A stretch of 48,339 nt of DNA. It comes from Octopus bimaculoides (taxonomy: Eukaryota). Position numbers and translations under genes: made by a program. Location: positions 168,508,384 through 168,556,722 of the forward strand of contig NC_068982.1 in assembly GCF_001194135.2 (NCBI RefSeq), given 5' to 3'. Below are positions 48,088 through 48,339 of the stretch, one piece after another; the first letter of the stretch is position 1; each line of letters opens with the position of its first letter. Under the pieces are notes generated by a model. It saw only the letters and a list, made by a program, of their open reading frames with translations. It made no database searches and was not told the origin of the DNA.

Positions 48088-48339
48088 TGCCACTTAAGTG
48101 TGGCTGACCCCTAGGGGTGGATGTTACTGTTGCTTTTAGCCCCAGGAGGACATCTCCTCCAGCTGGCTTATCGACACACGACTGTGTCCTGTTTGCCAAG
48201 GGAAGTTATCCCTCTCACCTCGATCAGCAGCACGAACGTATCCGGATTTCAGGGTTATTTCCCTTCGTCGGCGTTCGACAGCTGATGACCTTGGTGAGAG
48301 AGACAAAAACCTGGCAAACCTTATATCTTCTTTTCCAGT
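48088..48339 (+). mobile_element. RTE-like LINE 5' leader running off the window end
   Basis: Homologous to the reverse complements of 13321-13557 and 25553-25951. Chain of hairpins; downstream cagctgatgacc...gacaaaaacctggcaaacc resembles RTE 5' UTR motifs. Confidence 0.6.

Noticed and set aside
48088-48215. Canonical HDV, pistol, twister or hatchet ribozyme call
   Set aside because: The diagnostic conserved nucleotides (HDV L3 and P1.1, pistol UAAGCG, twister core) were not found by eye. Kept only as an unclassified structured RNA.

Overview
AT-rich eukaryotic draft-genome sequence with nine N-gaps and very dense microsatellites. The SINE and LINE families present suggest an octopus genome (inference from family resemblance). 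No intact protein-coding gene, rRNA, tRNA gene or CRISPR array can be supported. Nearly all listed ORFs are microsatellite or N artefacts, or antisense shadows of dead transposons. The window is mostly transposon relics: about 20 tRNA-derived SINE copies in three families (CORE-like, Meta-like, and a third), three co-oriented R4/Dong-like restriction-endonuclease (RLE) LINE relics, three mariner transposase relics plus one mariner end, a hAT MITE with a target-site duplication (TSD), Penelope-like fragments and RTE-like 5' leaders. The most interesting unexplained signals are: (i) a ~105-bp module duplicated at 36.7 kb and 46.85 kb, with a tentative third copy at ~10 kb, sitting behind CT/TG microsatellites and in two cases upstream of strong splice donors, which may be an array of paralogous promoters or first exons; (ii) an RTE-leader-like repeat whose hairpins show compensatory substitutions between copies, a candidate structured RNA; (iii) several fold-back structures. 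All family assignments were made by eye and need database confirmation.
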